From contig CM119268.1 in the NCBI GenBank assembly GCA_051294375.1, forward strand, positions 15,687,103 through 15,751,102: a stretch of DNA of 64,000 nt, read 5' to 3'. This DNA comes from Paraspadella gotoi (lineage: Eukaryota > Animalia > Chaetognatha). Position numbers and translations under genes: made by a program. A model generated the notes under the pieces. That model did not search any database and was not told the DNA's origin. It worked only from the letters and a program-made list of their open reading frames with translations. Positions 12,124 through 25,293 of the stretch are shown in pieces. How positions within the stretch are numbered: position 1 is the first letter of the stretch; every line of letters starts with the position of its first letter.

Positions 12124-12754
12124 CTTCGTTGTGAATCTATTTCTTATAAATTTGATGACTTGACGAATTCAAATTTTATTTTTATTATACGTATTTCTTG
12201 AGGCCGACTTGACGCTTTGAATCGTTATTTTTATTCTGCGTTCTTTTTATTTAGCAGTTTACGTTTAAACATGCATTACGAAACATAAAATTAGGCAAAA
12301 GATTGTGCCGATTATGTAGTTTTTTTAATGCTTTGTCTCGCAATTATTTTTTTTCTTTTCCTCTTTTTCAGAGCAAATTGATAAACCAACCTCGTCGCTA
12401 AGGAGCTCCGATCGGTTTGGGTTCGTGTCGTGTTTAGCACGTTGCTAAGTGAATTCGGGCTCTTAGACTTTAATCGCGATAGTCTTTTGTTCAGGGATTG
12501 TAAATATAACTGTTACTAGGGGCGTCAAAGTATTTAAAAAATGAAAAAAGTGGCTCTTGTAATTCGACAAAATAGCATCTGCATTCTGCTTCACATTTGC
12601 GGAATAATTAAATTTACCAAACGTTGAATGGGAAAAATTTCCATAATAGTAAAAATTATTTTAGATGAAAACGAGAGAGGGGTATGCAAATTATGAAATC
12701 GAGAAGATATTTAGAAACGGAACTAAAGCCGAACAAGTTATTTTTTGGTAATTA

Positions 12755-13698
12755 CCCCGTGAGCCAAATCCGATGATACGAAAGAAACCACTGCCGTACT
12801 TTACTGATTTGAGATAGACTTATTCAGATTTTTTTAAATGATAAATAACTACTTAACGTTTTTTGTGTATAAATTTTATTTTAATCAATTATTATTAACA
12901 ACTTCAAATCTATTTTCTCACAAAGATAGTAAAATCGCCAAATTGTCGGCAAATCGTATTTGTTAAAAATCGATTGCAATGAATAATTTTGTTTTAAGTT
13001 TTTATGGCAGTGTTACAGGTATATTGGTTTTTTTTTTTGCTCACTATTAAGTTTATAAAGCTTTTGGTTCCTGAGAGAATGACGCTCTAGCCTTTATTCA
13101 AATAATTCTAGCTGGCTGACTAAGAAATTTTCAAGACTGCTTTTTTTTGCCAAAAGATTATTGGCAAGACGAAGATGTCTATTCACTGCCTATAATTAGC
13201 TTGTCCTATATTGAAAAACTAAAGAAAAAATTGGTAGTTTAAGCTCGATAAAGTGACCAGTAAATCACAGCATCCGCTGCATAAAAGTTTTTTACCTTAA
13301 TTTTTCAAGAAAAATCAGTTCAAGAAGAGGGGATATTCCTTAGCTATCCTGAGGTTCCAAACTGTAAAATCTTATTTTTTTCTTTTGGTGATTTAGAACT
13401 AGAAAGTTTTGTAAGCAGAAACCAAATTTGTTATAAGCATTCAACTTTTGTAATAGTAAAAAATTAGAGCTGCTTTTGGAAAAGATTTTTTGCTCCATGA
13501 AGAATAATTTTTTCTTGCGATGCCGAGTTTTTTGTACTGGTTTTGATAGCATTTTGAGAATGTTTTAAAGTGTTTTTAAGCAATGTTTTGAACTTTTTAA
13601 TGATTTTTCTTTCAATTGGTATTATAATTTTTTCTTATTGGCATATAGTTTATGTATAATTAATTTTTCTTTCGTATCATCGGATTTGGCTCACGGGG
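12755..13698. mobile_element. 944-bp MITE with ~33-bp perfect terminal inverted repeats (TIRs), flanked by TA
   Basis: TA|CCCCGTGAGCCAAATCCGATGATACGAAAGAAA ... TTTCTTTCGTATCATCGGATTTGGCTCACGGGG|TA; no transposase ORF. Confidence 0.88.
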
Positions 13699-13777
13699 TA
13701 GAAAACAAATTTAAGGGATCGGCGTTTCCAAGGTCGTAACACTTATCAGTTATTATATCTCATCTCGGATTATTGTG

Positions 13778-13778
13778 T

Positions 13779-13831
<53 letters not shown>

Positions 13832-13835
13832 TTTT

Positions 13836-13908
<73 letters not shown>

Positions 13909-13943
13909 TTTTCTCTATCTCTCTCTATGATTTTCTCTCTCTT

Positions 13944-14041
<98 letters not shown>

Positions 14042-14279
14042 ATTTCTCTCCCTTCTTTCTCTCATTTAATTTTTTTTAATTTTTCTGTCTTATTTTTTAC
14101 CTCAAAACGTAGAATCAGGTTTTTGGTAATTTCGCGTCATTGTTCGTCAAATACGTAAATCATGAAAACTGATCATCGTACTTTAACTCGTCAATTCATA
14201 AAGTTTCAAAAATTTTACGAACTCCTCTTCCTTATCTTTTGAGACTTTTGTCAACAAGTAAAACCTCAAAAGTTATTTG

Positions 14280-14366
<87 letters not shown>
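13778..14366. repeat. (CTTT)n/(CT)n microsatellite cluster
   Basis: Tracts at ~13778-14060 and ~14281-14366; similar (AG)n tracts at ~1145, 1350, 10455, 16000, 28060, 32925, 33650 and 34065. Confidence 0.95.
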
Positions 14367-14367
<1 letters not shown>

Positions 14368-15463
14368 TTTATTCTTGCCTTCCTCTACTCTCAAAACAAA
14401 CATACAAAAATAAAATTCAGGTGTGCAAACAAATCCTAACGATAATAATTAATGAAAGATACGAATAAAAAATATACATGTATGTAATCAGAAATCGTTC
14501 ACGAAATTACATTTTTAAAAACATTTAATCCTCCAAGTTTTTTTCACGTAATCATTATCTACGTATTCAAAAAAAAAAAAATTACATAATAGTGAAGCAA
14601 ACGAGCTTGAATTGAAGGAGCTAGAATCTTGTAAAATCTACAAAAGTATTAAACAAGTTAGCTATCATTACTTGCCGAATTATGTTAGCTATGTTAGCTA
14701 ACTATAACAGGCATTGAACATCGCCTCTGCTCCGGGTTTTATTTTATTTTCGCACAAAAATACAGACGAAACAAAAACTTTTCTCGCGCAAATCAAATTG
14801 ATTTTTGTTTACTCTTTTGCCCGAAAAAACGGAAATAATGAAATTAAGTCCTGGCTTTCGAGTCGGAAACTATTAACGGATTAATTATTAACAATTTGTC
14901 TAATTTTGTTTTTATTGACGACGAATCGGGTTCGCTGAATTTCTTTCATTTTTGTGTTCCCGATTTTATAATTCAATCCGAGAGCATTTTTCGCTCTTTT
15001 CTCTTCTAGATTCGTTTATCACTGTCAGCCCGTTTGTCGATTTATAAGGATAAATAAGAGAAAAATAAAGCGTATTTATATTACATATAAAGTAGTACTT
15101 TTCACTATTATTGATTCAAAAATTAATAGATAATTAAAATTAGGAAGACGTCATATGCCCTATGAATTTTTTTAAAAAAAGAAAGACTTTTTCTTTCAGC
15201 TTGTGGGATATCAGAAAAAACCCACAGTCTAACGGCCTTTTACGAATTTCTTTTCTTTTCCAATGATATTGAAAAAAGAGAGTAGAAATCTCTCTCGAAC
15301 AAAAAATCCTAAATCAAAAGCGTAAAAAAAACAAAGCACACCCAATAAAAAAAAAATCCTTCCTTCAAGGTTAATTAATATAAAATAGTGGTATAGAAAT
15401 TCGATTTTTCCCCCCTCCAGAACCACCAACAAACAAAAAACAATACATACATACATTACAAAA

Positions 15464-15993
15464 ATGACCTCAAAATCGCCGAAATCTGATGGCGTCGAAG
15501 GGCGGGAAGTGAGCGTTTCTTTTCTCCATGGTGACGCCGCTGCTGACGCCGACGCCGCCGCCGCCGCAGAATCGACGCCCGACTTTGACCTCGACGAAAA
15601 TCTTCTCCATCTCGGTGTGAAAGGTTTCTACCCTTCCGGTCTCTACCTCATCGTCTCCTTCTTCATCTTTCTTTCACCCTGCATCTACTTGTCGGCTCAC
15701 GTGAGCTCTCACACGCCGGAGCATCACTGCCGCGTACCGGAAGGCGCCGAGGTCAACCGGAGTTTGCCGATCGTGACTGACTCTTTGGGAATCGAATCCT
15801 TCGCCAGCTGCGAAATGTTTCATCCCAACGATACTTTCGAGGTAGAAAAGGATAATATAAATGTTTTTTTACCCACCCGCTATCTACTGGGTGTTTATAA
15901 TGGAAACAATTTGTGACAAATGTAAGAGTGGCCTTTATGGAAAGTTGGGAAGATTCTTTAGTAAAAGTTAAATAATTTTTAAATAATTTTTTT

Positions 15994-16030
<37 letters not shown>

Positions 16031-18197
16031 GGAAATTCCCTACACCCTCCCCGCCTCCTCCTCCCCATCCCCGCCCAACGCCACCTCACGCCGCATCATC
16101 TCCTGCGATCGAGGTTGGGAATACAAAGACGTCGTTCCCGGAGAAACTGTCGTGGCCGACTTCGATCTCGTCTGTTCCGACAGATGGATGTCTGGATTTT
16201 CCACCTCCATCTTCAACATCGGTCAGGCCTGCGGGGCGATACTGGTAATTGTTACGAGCTTTGCACAATGCTCAGGTTCGTTGCGCGGGGAGACCTCATA
16301 TTCACAAGGTCCCGGGTTCAATCCTGACCTAGAAATCTTCAAGGCTGTCCTTTGTCGACTTGGGGGCTGTGACAAACCGCAAAGCCCTGTGAAGCGTTTA
16401 ATTTATGGCAACTTGTTGTCTTCAACCCATTTAGCGCCTTATATTCATGTTTAGGTGCTTTTATTCATATCAAGTTAATGAAACAGATGCAGAAAACAAT
16501 ACAAAAGGAACGAATGAAAGAGAAAGGTTTTAAGTTACTGTTATATGGTTCACTTGTTGATCTTTTCTCCTTTTACTTCTCCACGACCGTTTCCACTTCA
16601 GGTGCAGCCCCTCGGCGACCGATTCGGCCGCAAGTGGATGATGGTCGCGTCCTCCTTCGGCATGGGGTTGACGGGGATCTTGACGGCTACCGTCGTCGAC
16701 GGAGCGTTGTCGTTCATCGCGCTTAAGTTCGTGATGGGGGCGTTCTTCGCGGGCTTCCTTCTCTCCACCTTCGTAATGCAGATCGAACTCTACGCGGCCA
16801 AACACAGGATGTGGGCGGGTAGGATTTGGAATTGTGGTTGTGACAGGATGTGGGCACTTGGGCAGTTGGGAATCTCAGAGTGATAAGAATATAAAAATAT
16901 AAAAATTATTCATTCATTCAAAAACGTCTTGGTAACTTTTAATAGTCCCTCAATGCTCTTTCAATTTTCCTCTCGCAGGAATGGTTGTTGAACCAATCTG
17001 GGGATTGGGATCGGCCGCCGTTGGCCTAGTGGCCTGGCTGTTTCCTCAATGGCGCCACTTCTCTCTCGCCATCTCCATTCCTCTCTTTCTCTCTCTCTTC
17101 GTTATTCCCATCTTCCCACCCGATTCCCTCCCTTGGCTCATGGTCAATCAGAAGCACGACAAGGCGAGGGAGTATTTGGAGAAGAAGCTGGAGGCCAAGG
17201 GCAAGAAGCTGATAACCTTGAAGGAGCCTCTAGAGAAAAAGGCGTCAAAAGTACGAACAGTGGAAGCTGAATCGCCTCGAGTGATGCTGTCCGATTTCCA
17301 AGTCATCAAACAACTCGTAATCTTCGCTTTCGTCTCAACCGTCAATTCTCTCGTTTACTACGCACTATCATTGATGGCTACCGATCTGTCTGGAGACAGA
17401 AACCTTTCCCTATTTTTGTCCGGAGTTGTAGAGGTGAGGTTTACATATGTAAAATAACTCACAACGTTTCAAATTATCTTCAAATTATCTTCTTCAGATT
17501 CCAGGCTATACCTTGGCTGGCGTTGCTTTGCACTTCATGGGTCGAAGGGGACCGACGGTTTTGTTCCATGTTCTCGTCGGAATCTTTATGGCGATCGTGG
17601 CTTCGATCCAAATCTTTGCTCCCACGCCTATCCCTAATAGTCTCGACATATTTTCACAGGTCGCCAATTTACAGGTTTTCTCAATTTACTCAGTAAATGA
17701 AGAAACGCCAATGTCGTTTTATGGCAGATCTGCTATTTCGGTGCAAAACTCGCCATTTCCGGATCTTATGCCATCATCTTCCTCTACGTTCCGGAAATCT
17801 TCCCAACTAATGTCAGAAGTACCAGCGTCGGACTCGTCGACGCAGTTGCAAGATTAGGGGGAGTCGTTGCGCCGTATTCCAGTTATTTAGGATCAGTAAG
17901 AAAAACAAGAATTAATACTTATGTCAATTAGTGAAAAGTAGTCCTAAAGTTAAACATTTCCCTTACAAGGTGAGCCACCCAGCCGTCCCCGTATTTGTCT
18001 TCGCTGTACTCGCCCTCCTCTCTGCCATCCTCATACTCTTCCTCCCCGAATGTCACAACGAGACGCTGCCCGACACTCTGGAGGACCTCAAGTACCTCGT
18101 GAATGGGACGAGATTCTGGAACATGATGGGAGTGAGGAAAAGGAGGAGAATCAGAGGCTCAAAAAGGGAAGTTGTGTTAGGAGATACCGGGGTTTGA
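15464..18197 (+). CDS. SLC22/organic cation transporter-like MFS protein, copy A (7 exons)
   Basis: PEHHCRVP, CDRGWEY, TVVADFDLVCSD, LGDRFGRK, WLFPQWR, PWL, YVPEIFPTNVRS, ARLGGVVAPY, LFLPECHNETLPDT; six in-phase GT-AG introns. Confidence 0.92.
16250..16445 (+). mobile_element. tRNA-derived SINE of a related family, in intron 2 of SLC22 copy A
   Basis: B-box CCGGGTTCAATCC, core TTGGGGGC.GTG.CAAACC and tail CCCATTTAGCGCCTTAT shared with the SINE at 35760-36000. Confidence 0.65.
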
Positions 18198-19248
18198 ATA
18201 GAAGAGTGGGGAAAAGTAGTTGATATAAGTGTTAAGTATTTAATTTTTAGGGGATTTTGATAAATTTACCGTATTTAATTGGAGATTGTACTTTAAAGAA
18301 ACGTCATAACTGCATGTTTAGCATTTAGCACAATGTCAAATCATTGTAACAATTATTTACACTACTTAGAGATTTCATTTCCTAAAAATTTGGTCCTTAG
18401 TAAAGTATTAAAAAACTAGTTACTTTTGTTACTATTTTATTATTTTTTGGTTGCAGTTTAATGCCTTTTCAATTTCTTTTTTTGAAAATCTCATTTAGGT
18501 CATGTGATTTACATTTACATCTAGATCTCTAAAATGGTTGAAAAAAACATGAGAACGCTAAATCTGTAATGTTTTTTTTAATTTTTTTTAAAATGAGCAA
18601 TTCACGTTCTTGTGATAGTCAATGAAATATAAGTACTACTATTATGAAATTATCCCTTTATTCAATAAAAAAAGCTATGTTGCCTTTGACTTTGGAGAGG
18701 CTATTATGGGTTGAGATCTCCATCTTTCTTACATGGACCATTCAATCAGAAAAATTATTGACGCATATATTTTTTGATGAATTTTGAATTTTTCTAAAAA
18801 ATTGTATTTTAAAAAAATGTTTTTGGTATTTTTGATATTCAACCTTTTTGCAACCCTTAAGAAATTTTTAGAATAAATAAGAAGCAGTAAAAAATAAAGT
18901 TAATAAATACATTTCCATTGACATTACAGGCATGCCTTTACATGATTTTCATTTTTGAAAGCATTCTTACTTTTACTTAAAAATGCTATTCGTAATTGGA
19001 ACCCAGCTTATAAAAAAGGTATTTTGTCTGTTACAGCAATTTATTTTAAGTCAGTCACTATTGATGTTGTACCAATAAGATAGACTTGTCGCCTTATTTT
19101 TCTAACTTCATGAAAATTTACACAAAATTATATATTGTGTATCATTGCAAACCAATTCCATAATCTTCAATTTTCCGGATGGACAATTTTTTGTAGATTG
19201 AAGTAAGCAAAAACTTGTGTGACGTTTTTCGAAAAGTGAAAGCAGCAA

Positions 19249-22200
19249 ATGTCGTCCAAGGGGAAAGTTTATGAAGGCTTTGAGGCGGCAGAACCCAATG
19301 GTTTTACCGACGCTGCAACAGATGCAGCCAACGCCGCTGCAGAAGATGCCGGTCCCGATTTCGATCTTGATCAAAACTTGGTACATCTCGGCGTGAAAGG
19401 ACTCTATCCTACGGGTCTCTATCTCGTCATCGCCTTTTTCATCTTCCTTTCCCCGAGTCTCTACCTCTCTGGTCACGTCAACTCCGAAACGCCCGTCCAC
19501 CGGTGCCGCCTTCCGGAAGAGGCCGACCTCAACAGAAGCATTCCTGTCGAGACAGACGCTGCCGGAGTTGAAGTCTTCGCCAGATGCGAATTGTTTCATC
19601 CGAACGATACTTGGGAGGTCAATACTATTTTTTGGGAGATTCCTTAAATTCCCCCTTTTCGCAATCGTCATCATTATCTTCTTATTCGCCTTCATCATCT
19701 ACTTTAGCCGTATATGTAAAAATGTAAATAATTACGGTGACAACTTAACATCCCGAAATTTTTCTTCGTCACGATTCTGAGGACAACGAATACCTTGGAC
19801 AAGTCTCCATCACTCTTAGGACTCGGTTTCATTATGAACGATTCAGACGCTTTTCTAAACTTACCACGTATTCAATCTTTAAATTTCAATCTTCACGCTC
19901 TATACTAATTAATTCATTCATCGCAAATAACCTCAATTTCTCGAATAGGATTTCGCCTTCGCCTCACCCAACGCTTCCGCCCGCCGTCGCGTCCCTTGCG
20001 ATCGAGGGTGGGAGTACTTGGATGTGGATCCGGGAACAACCGTCGTGGTCGAATTCGATCTCGTCTGTTCGGACGGATGGATGGCCGGATTCGCCACAGC
20101 CATTTTTAGCATCGGGGAAGCCTGCGGAGGCATGATGGTGAGAAGCCTGCGTCGGGTTGGGAGGACATTTTAAGTCGAATTTATGGGGTTTTTAATTAAA
20201 ATTAATTTATAATTTAAACTGAGTTTTTAGGAAGGGATGTCAATAAAATCGAGAAAGAAAAACTAGGTCGAGAAAACATTTAAAAACTTTTATTAAAAGG
20301 AAAGTTAAATTCTTACCGTTTTTAACACGAACCAATTTCTAGGTTCAACCGCTCGGCGATCGATTCGGCAGAAAGTGGATGATGCTGGGGACCACCATCG
20401 GAATTGGATTGTCCGGGGTCTTGTCGGCAACGGTGGCCAACGGGGCTTTGTCATATCTCGCTCTCAAATTTGTCTTGGGCGTTTTCTTCGCGGGATTCCT
20501 GCTGACCGGCTTCGTCATGCAACTCGAACTTTACGCCGCTAAACATAGGATGTGGGCCGGTATGGTTTTTGGCAAGTGGTTGTGAACGGGGCGATGATAG
20601 AGGCGTCGATTGAGAACATGGGGGGAAAGATTATTCCGGGCCCCATTCTAGGCTCACTCAAACCTCTAATTCTCAAGGGATGCTGTCTGGGCCTCTATGG
20701 GGACTGGGATCGGCCGCGGTTGGTCTAATGGCCTGGCTTCTCCCTCAGTGGCGCCATTACACTCTCGCGACATCAATTCCGTTTTTTTTCTCCATCTTCG
20801 TCATCTTTATCTTTCCTGCCGACTCTCTTCCGTGGCTCATGGTCAATAGGAGGCACGAGGAAGTTGAAGATTATTTGGAGCGAAAGCTGGAGGTGACTTC
20901 CGAGTAAGTTACACAAAACCCCTACCGTTACGCCAGTAATCCTTTTTTTTCAATCACAGGACAAAGGCAAAAAATTAATCAGAATCTCTTCGCTGGAGCC
21001 TCTGCAAAAGAAACCGATCCCGGAACTCGTCGTCGAGAACAAGTGGAGGATGATGACAAACTTTCACGTAATCAAACAGCTCGTGATCTTCTCCTTCGTT
21101 TCAACCGTCAATTCGCTCGTTTTTTACGCGTTGACGTTAATGTCGACAGATTTGTCTGGGGATAGGAACGTCTCTCTATTTCTGGCCGGAGTCGTCGAGG
21201 CGAGTTTGTAAAACGAAATATATATTTTCACTTTGCAATGAATAAGTTTTAACAGGATAAACTATACCAAGTAATCTTATATCGCAGTCATACGTCTAAG
21301 GGAAGGGAAATAAATCACATTCAATTGTAGTTGTTTTGAGTCGAACTGATCAGAGACAAGGTCATCTGTGATTGCAGCAAATTGTTAATAAGGGATAACA
21401 GTATATCAAAGCCGTTTTTATTTAAATACATAAATTCCAATAATTGTAAAGTGAATTAGAGGCCCGAAGTTCTTGCCCTTCTTTAATCGTGAAACTCTTT
21501 TTCGATAATTTCGTGATTTAATTCAAAGAGTAACAGTCGTTTCTGGGTTGAAATTATAAATGGTTACTTATTACTTATTTTTCTTTGTTACCGATTCAGC
21601 CTCATTCTTAAAGACGATTATATTAGCGATTGACCTGATGGATGAATATTCTTTAATATCTGCAGATCCCAGGCTCCATCTTAGCGGTTTCAGCCCTTCA
21701 TTTCATGGGTCGACGAGGACCGACGGTTTTGTTCCACGTTCTCGTCGGCGTCTTCATGACCATCGTGGCCTCCATCCAAATCTTGGGCCCAACGCCACTC
21801 CCAAAGAGTCTTGACGTATTCTCTCAGGTCATTGCCAATAAAATTATTGCTTTTTTTTGATTTTGTGTAATTACTTTATGTAGTTTTAACGTCTAATATA
21901 ACTCCCATGAACTCGTTAAATACTTTTTTATATTAATACAAATGATTTAGAAAAAAAACAAACTTGAAAAGCATTCACGCATCGTTTTTGCGAATAAAAG
22001 AAATGAAATGGGAAGAGAATGTTTTTTTTTCGTTGAGCTACGGCCCACCACTTGGTGGCAGCGGCGAGATTCGAACCCACCCCTCGCCTCGATCCTCAAC
22101 TAAATTACTATGCTTTCTTACGTACATATCAGATTTGCTATTTCGCGGCCAAGCTCACCATCGCGAGTTCTTACTCCGTAGTCTTCCTCTTCGTACCGGA

Positions 22201-23037
22201 AGTGTTCCCCACCAACATCCGCAGCACTAGCGTTGGACTCATCGACGCCATCGCTAGATTAGGAGGCGTCGTCGCGCCGTACTCCAGTTACTTGGCGGCG
22301 GTGAGTGTGAAGAAGAGAGAAAGAGAGAGAGAGATAGAGAGAGAGATAGGGAGGAATACTTCTTTAGGGGACTTTTGCGGCGTTTATATGAGACGGTAAG
22401 TAAAATGTACATAGGGTAATGTGTGTGTAAATGTAAACAAAGAAAGCAAAAGAAAAATTAATGAGAGGCACATCAACAACATGCGTCAAACTGAAATTTG
22501 TCGAAAATCAAAGTTGATCTCATGTGAGATAATCTAGTCGCAAGGCCTTTTGAAGCCAGTGACCACACCGATCGGACGAGAGTAAACTTGGCGTGGCTGC
22601 TCCCATTCTTTTGAAAATTTAATTAGAATTTATTAGGAACGATGAAAAAAATTATTCTTTTATTCAATTACTAAGCTTTGGTCAGACTATTTCATTTCAC
22701 TAAGGCGACCCTCCTCCTAACCCCACCCTTTGTTCAGGCGAGTCACCCATCCGTTCCCGTCTTCATCTTCGCCGTTCTTTCCTTCATCTCCGCGATCCTC
22801 ATCCTCTTCCTCCCCGAATGTCACAACGAGACGCTGCCCTCCCCCACCACTCTGGACGACCTCAAGTATCTCATCGAAGGCACGAGGTTTTGGAACATGA
22901 GGGGAGTGAGGAAGAGGAAGAGGATCAGAGGGTCGAAGAGGGAGGTGGAGGTGGGAGAGAGTGGGCTTGACATTTTAATGATTGTGGAATGGAAGAATAA
23001 CTTGTTGATATTTGTATTAACAAGTACTTCTTTTTAG
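19249..23037 (+). CDS. SLC22/organic cation transporter-like MFS protein, copy B (8 exons, one GC-AG intron)
   Basis: Collinear with copy A (DFDLD.NL.HLGVKG.YP.GLYL; ELYAAKHRMWAG; LFLPECHNETLP). Extra intron at 20893-20959; GC donor at 21200. Confidence 0.92.
22053..22090 (-). pseudogene. 3' fragment of a tRNA (Leu-like) including encoded CCA
   Basis: Minus strand GGGGTGGGTTCGAATCTCGCCGCTGCCA-CCA = T-arm, acceptor 3' strand and CCA; it resembles the eukaryotic tRNA-Leu end GTGGGTTCGAATCCCACCGCTGCCA (from recall). No 5' half is present. Confidence 0.6.
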
Positions 23038-23859
23038 ATTTCTATCGGCGCTTGACGTTATTTTCATACAGATTAGTTTTTAAGAATTTTATTTTTTAAT
23101 TTTTTTCGTTGTTTGAACAATGCTTCGTGGAATAATTAGCTTTTTTTATGAACAAGATTTAATTTTTTAAATTCTTATTATTTTTGTTTATTTTTATTTT
23201 TGTCTATTTATTTTATTATGCTTTTACCTGATCAATGAGAAATTTTACCATATTATATGCCTCTATTCAAAATTAGACTTGATTCCTTCTTTTAACAAAG
23301 CGAGCCAGACAGACAATCATATTTATAAAAAAATTCCTTGACGACAGCTTTTTTATATTTTTTAAAGCAGCTCGGCTTTTTTTTTTAATAGTCAATCCGA
23401 TTTGTTTATTCCATCATCATCATGATTCCAAGATTCCATGTCGATCTTTTTATTCATTTTTGGGGCAGGTCTCGTGTCGTCTCTCTTCATTTGAGCCTCG
23501 TCATATCGAGATTGGAAAAAAAATTGTTTGACCGCGACACGAAAATCTTTTTTGACGGCTGATTCGTTCCGGCCACAAAGTTGGAAATCAAATCCTAAAA
23601 GAAAGATGGATTGGAATCGTATTTTTTGAACCCTTATTCTGGAATGAGTTAAAAGTACAAACAAAAGTTAACGTCCCAAAAGTCTTTTAAATTAAAACAT
23701 GCCAATTCATTCAGAAAATTGTACTACAATTTCAAAAAATCTGACTGGAAACGGGATTTGCCTCGGGCCGACGAAAACNNNNNNNNNNTTGTACTACAAT
23801 TTCAGCATATCTGACTGGAAACGGGATTTGCCTCGGGGCGACGAAAACCTCTGTCTTCA

Positions 23860-24750
23860 AACTCTTCTCCGCTGAAATGAAAAATGATCGATAATCGGTC
23901 GGACAAATACGTACATTTCCCGTTGCGGTGGACCACTGGTCCACTGTGGGTCTTAGCGCACCCCGAGGCCATTGGTATCTTCAACCACAACAATAATCTT
24001 CGTTCAATTTGAAATTTCAAGAGGCGAAAGAATAAACAGAGACTAAACAATACTAATAACAAGAGAGACTGACAGTCAGACGGACTTACCGAAAATAACA
24101 ACCCCAAACCGCTGTGACCTCAACATGAACTTCACGTCCTTCGTAAAAAAAAATCGTTGAACCAAAACTAAAAATCACTGCATTTCGCTGACCACGAAAC
24201 CTTAGCTCTGTCATTGACGTTTAATAAAATTAACTAAGGTTTATTAAGTAGTGAAGACAAATTTTTAGATTGACAATGTTTATCACGAAAGCAAAGACAG
24301 AAATGATGACGAACAATGAAGACAAAAGAGACAATTATTTATATTTAACTATTCAATTATATTTTAAAAAACTTTGTTCGAGAGAGTGATCCCGACCGTC
24401 GACTCCTTGGTCTGTCCCCGTTGGTCATTGGTTACCCCGAAGTTGGAGATTGGTCAGCTTCAATCGAACCAATCACGTCACGAGGCTGACCAAGTTTGTC
24501 TCTTGGTCCATTCCGTTTATGCCATCCTCGCCTTTAATGACCAACTCTTATCTAACCAAATTCAATCCGATCCGTTCGAAACCGCCTCACTCTCCCGTCT
24601 CGCCATGCTGCCTATGACGCCGCGCCCCGTCTCGCGCGACGGCGACGCCGCCCCTGCGTCCTCCGTTCCCGCCGCCAACGCCGCCGTGGATCGATGCGGT
24701 TGGTCGAGGGTCGACACTCTCTCCCTCGTCAACACCTCGCCCTGTTTGGG
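23860..24750 (-). CDS. Possible spliced low-complexity gene of unknown product
   Basis: GC-rich blocks (~24590-24745, 24450-24533, 24090-24138, 23915-23978) bounded by AG/GT on the minus strand can be joined in one frame (...HGETGE|RGWHKRNGPRD...; REVHVEVTAVWGCYFR|YQWPRGAL...). No start codon or homology recognised. Confidence 0.3.
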
Positions 24751-25293
24751 GAGAAAGGCTGGGGATGAGAGAGGAAGCGAGGCGGGGAACGGAGGAGGAG
24801 GAGGAGGAGGAATGGACGTCGGGAGTGGAAAACGGGGAGGGGTTTTCCTGACTCAATCGCCCGACGACGAAAAAAGCGACGAAGAGGTTGGAATTTCCAA
24901 TTAACATATTATTTTTTTTATTTGAAATTTAGTTTTGTTTTCGTAATAAACAGTGATACGCTAATGACGTTAAGAGGTCAGTTTTGCAGAAGTGACAAAA
25001 TATTGGCGTAAGTCCGTAAAATTTAATTCAAACTAAAATCAATCAATCAATCGAACAGCAAATCCATTAATCAATCAAACCCAAACCAAACCAATAATTC
25101 AATCAGTCAATCAATCAATAAATCCAATCCAATCCAAATCCTTGTTCAGCTCGATTCTTTCCTCCGTCAAGTCACTTTTCAAAAACTCTTCGATCTTCCG
25201 TCTCTCTCTCCTACAACGATCAAGAGATCTTCCGGCGACACCAAAGTCTCTCTGTCTCCGGAGGATGGATCGCCCAAGGAATCGAAGGAGGGA

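Noticed and set aside
13773-14468. Ser/Leu-repeat ORFs here and at 1288-1618, 32780-33097 and 33934-34199
   Set aside because: Translations of (CT)n/(AG)n microsatellites.
23719-23848. 60-bp direct duplication
   Set aside because: The two copies sit on either side of a 10-N scaffold gap; most likely an unmerged contig or haplotype overlap.
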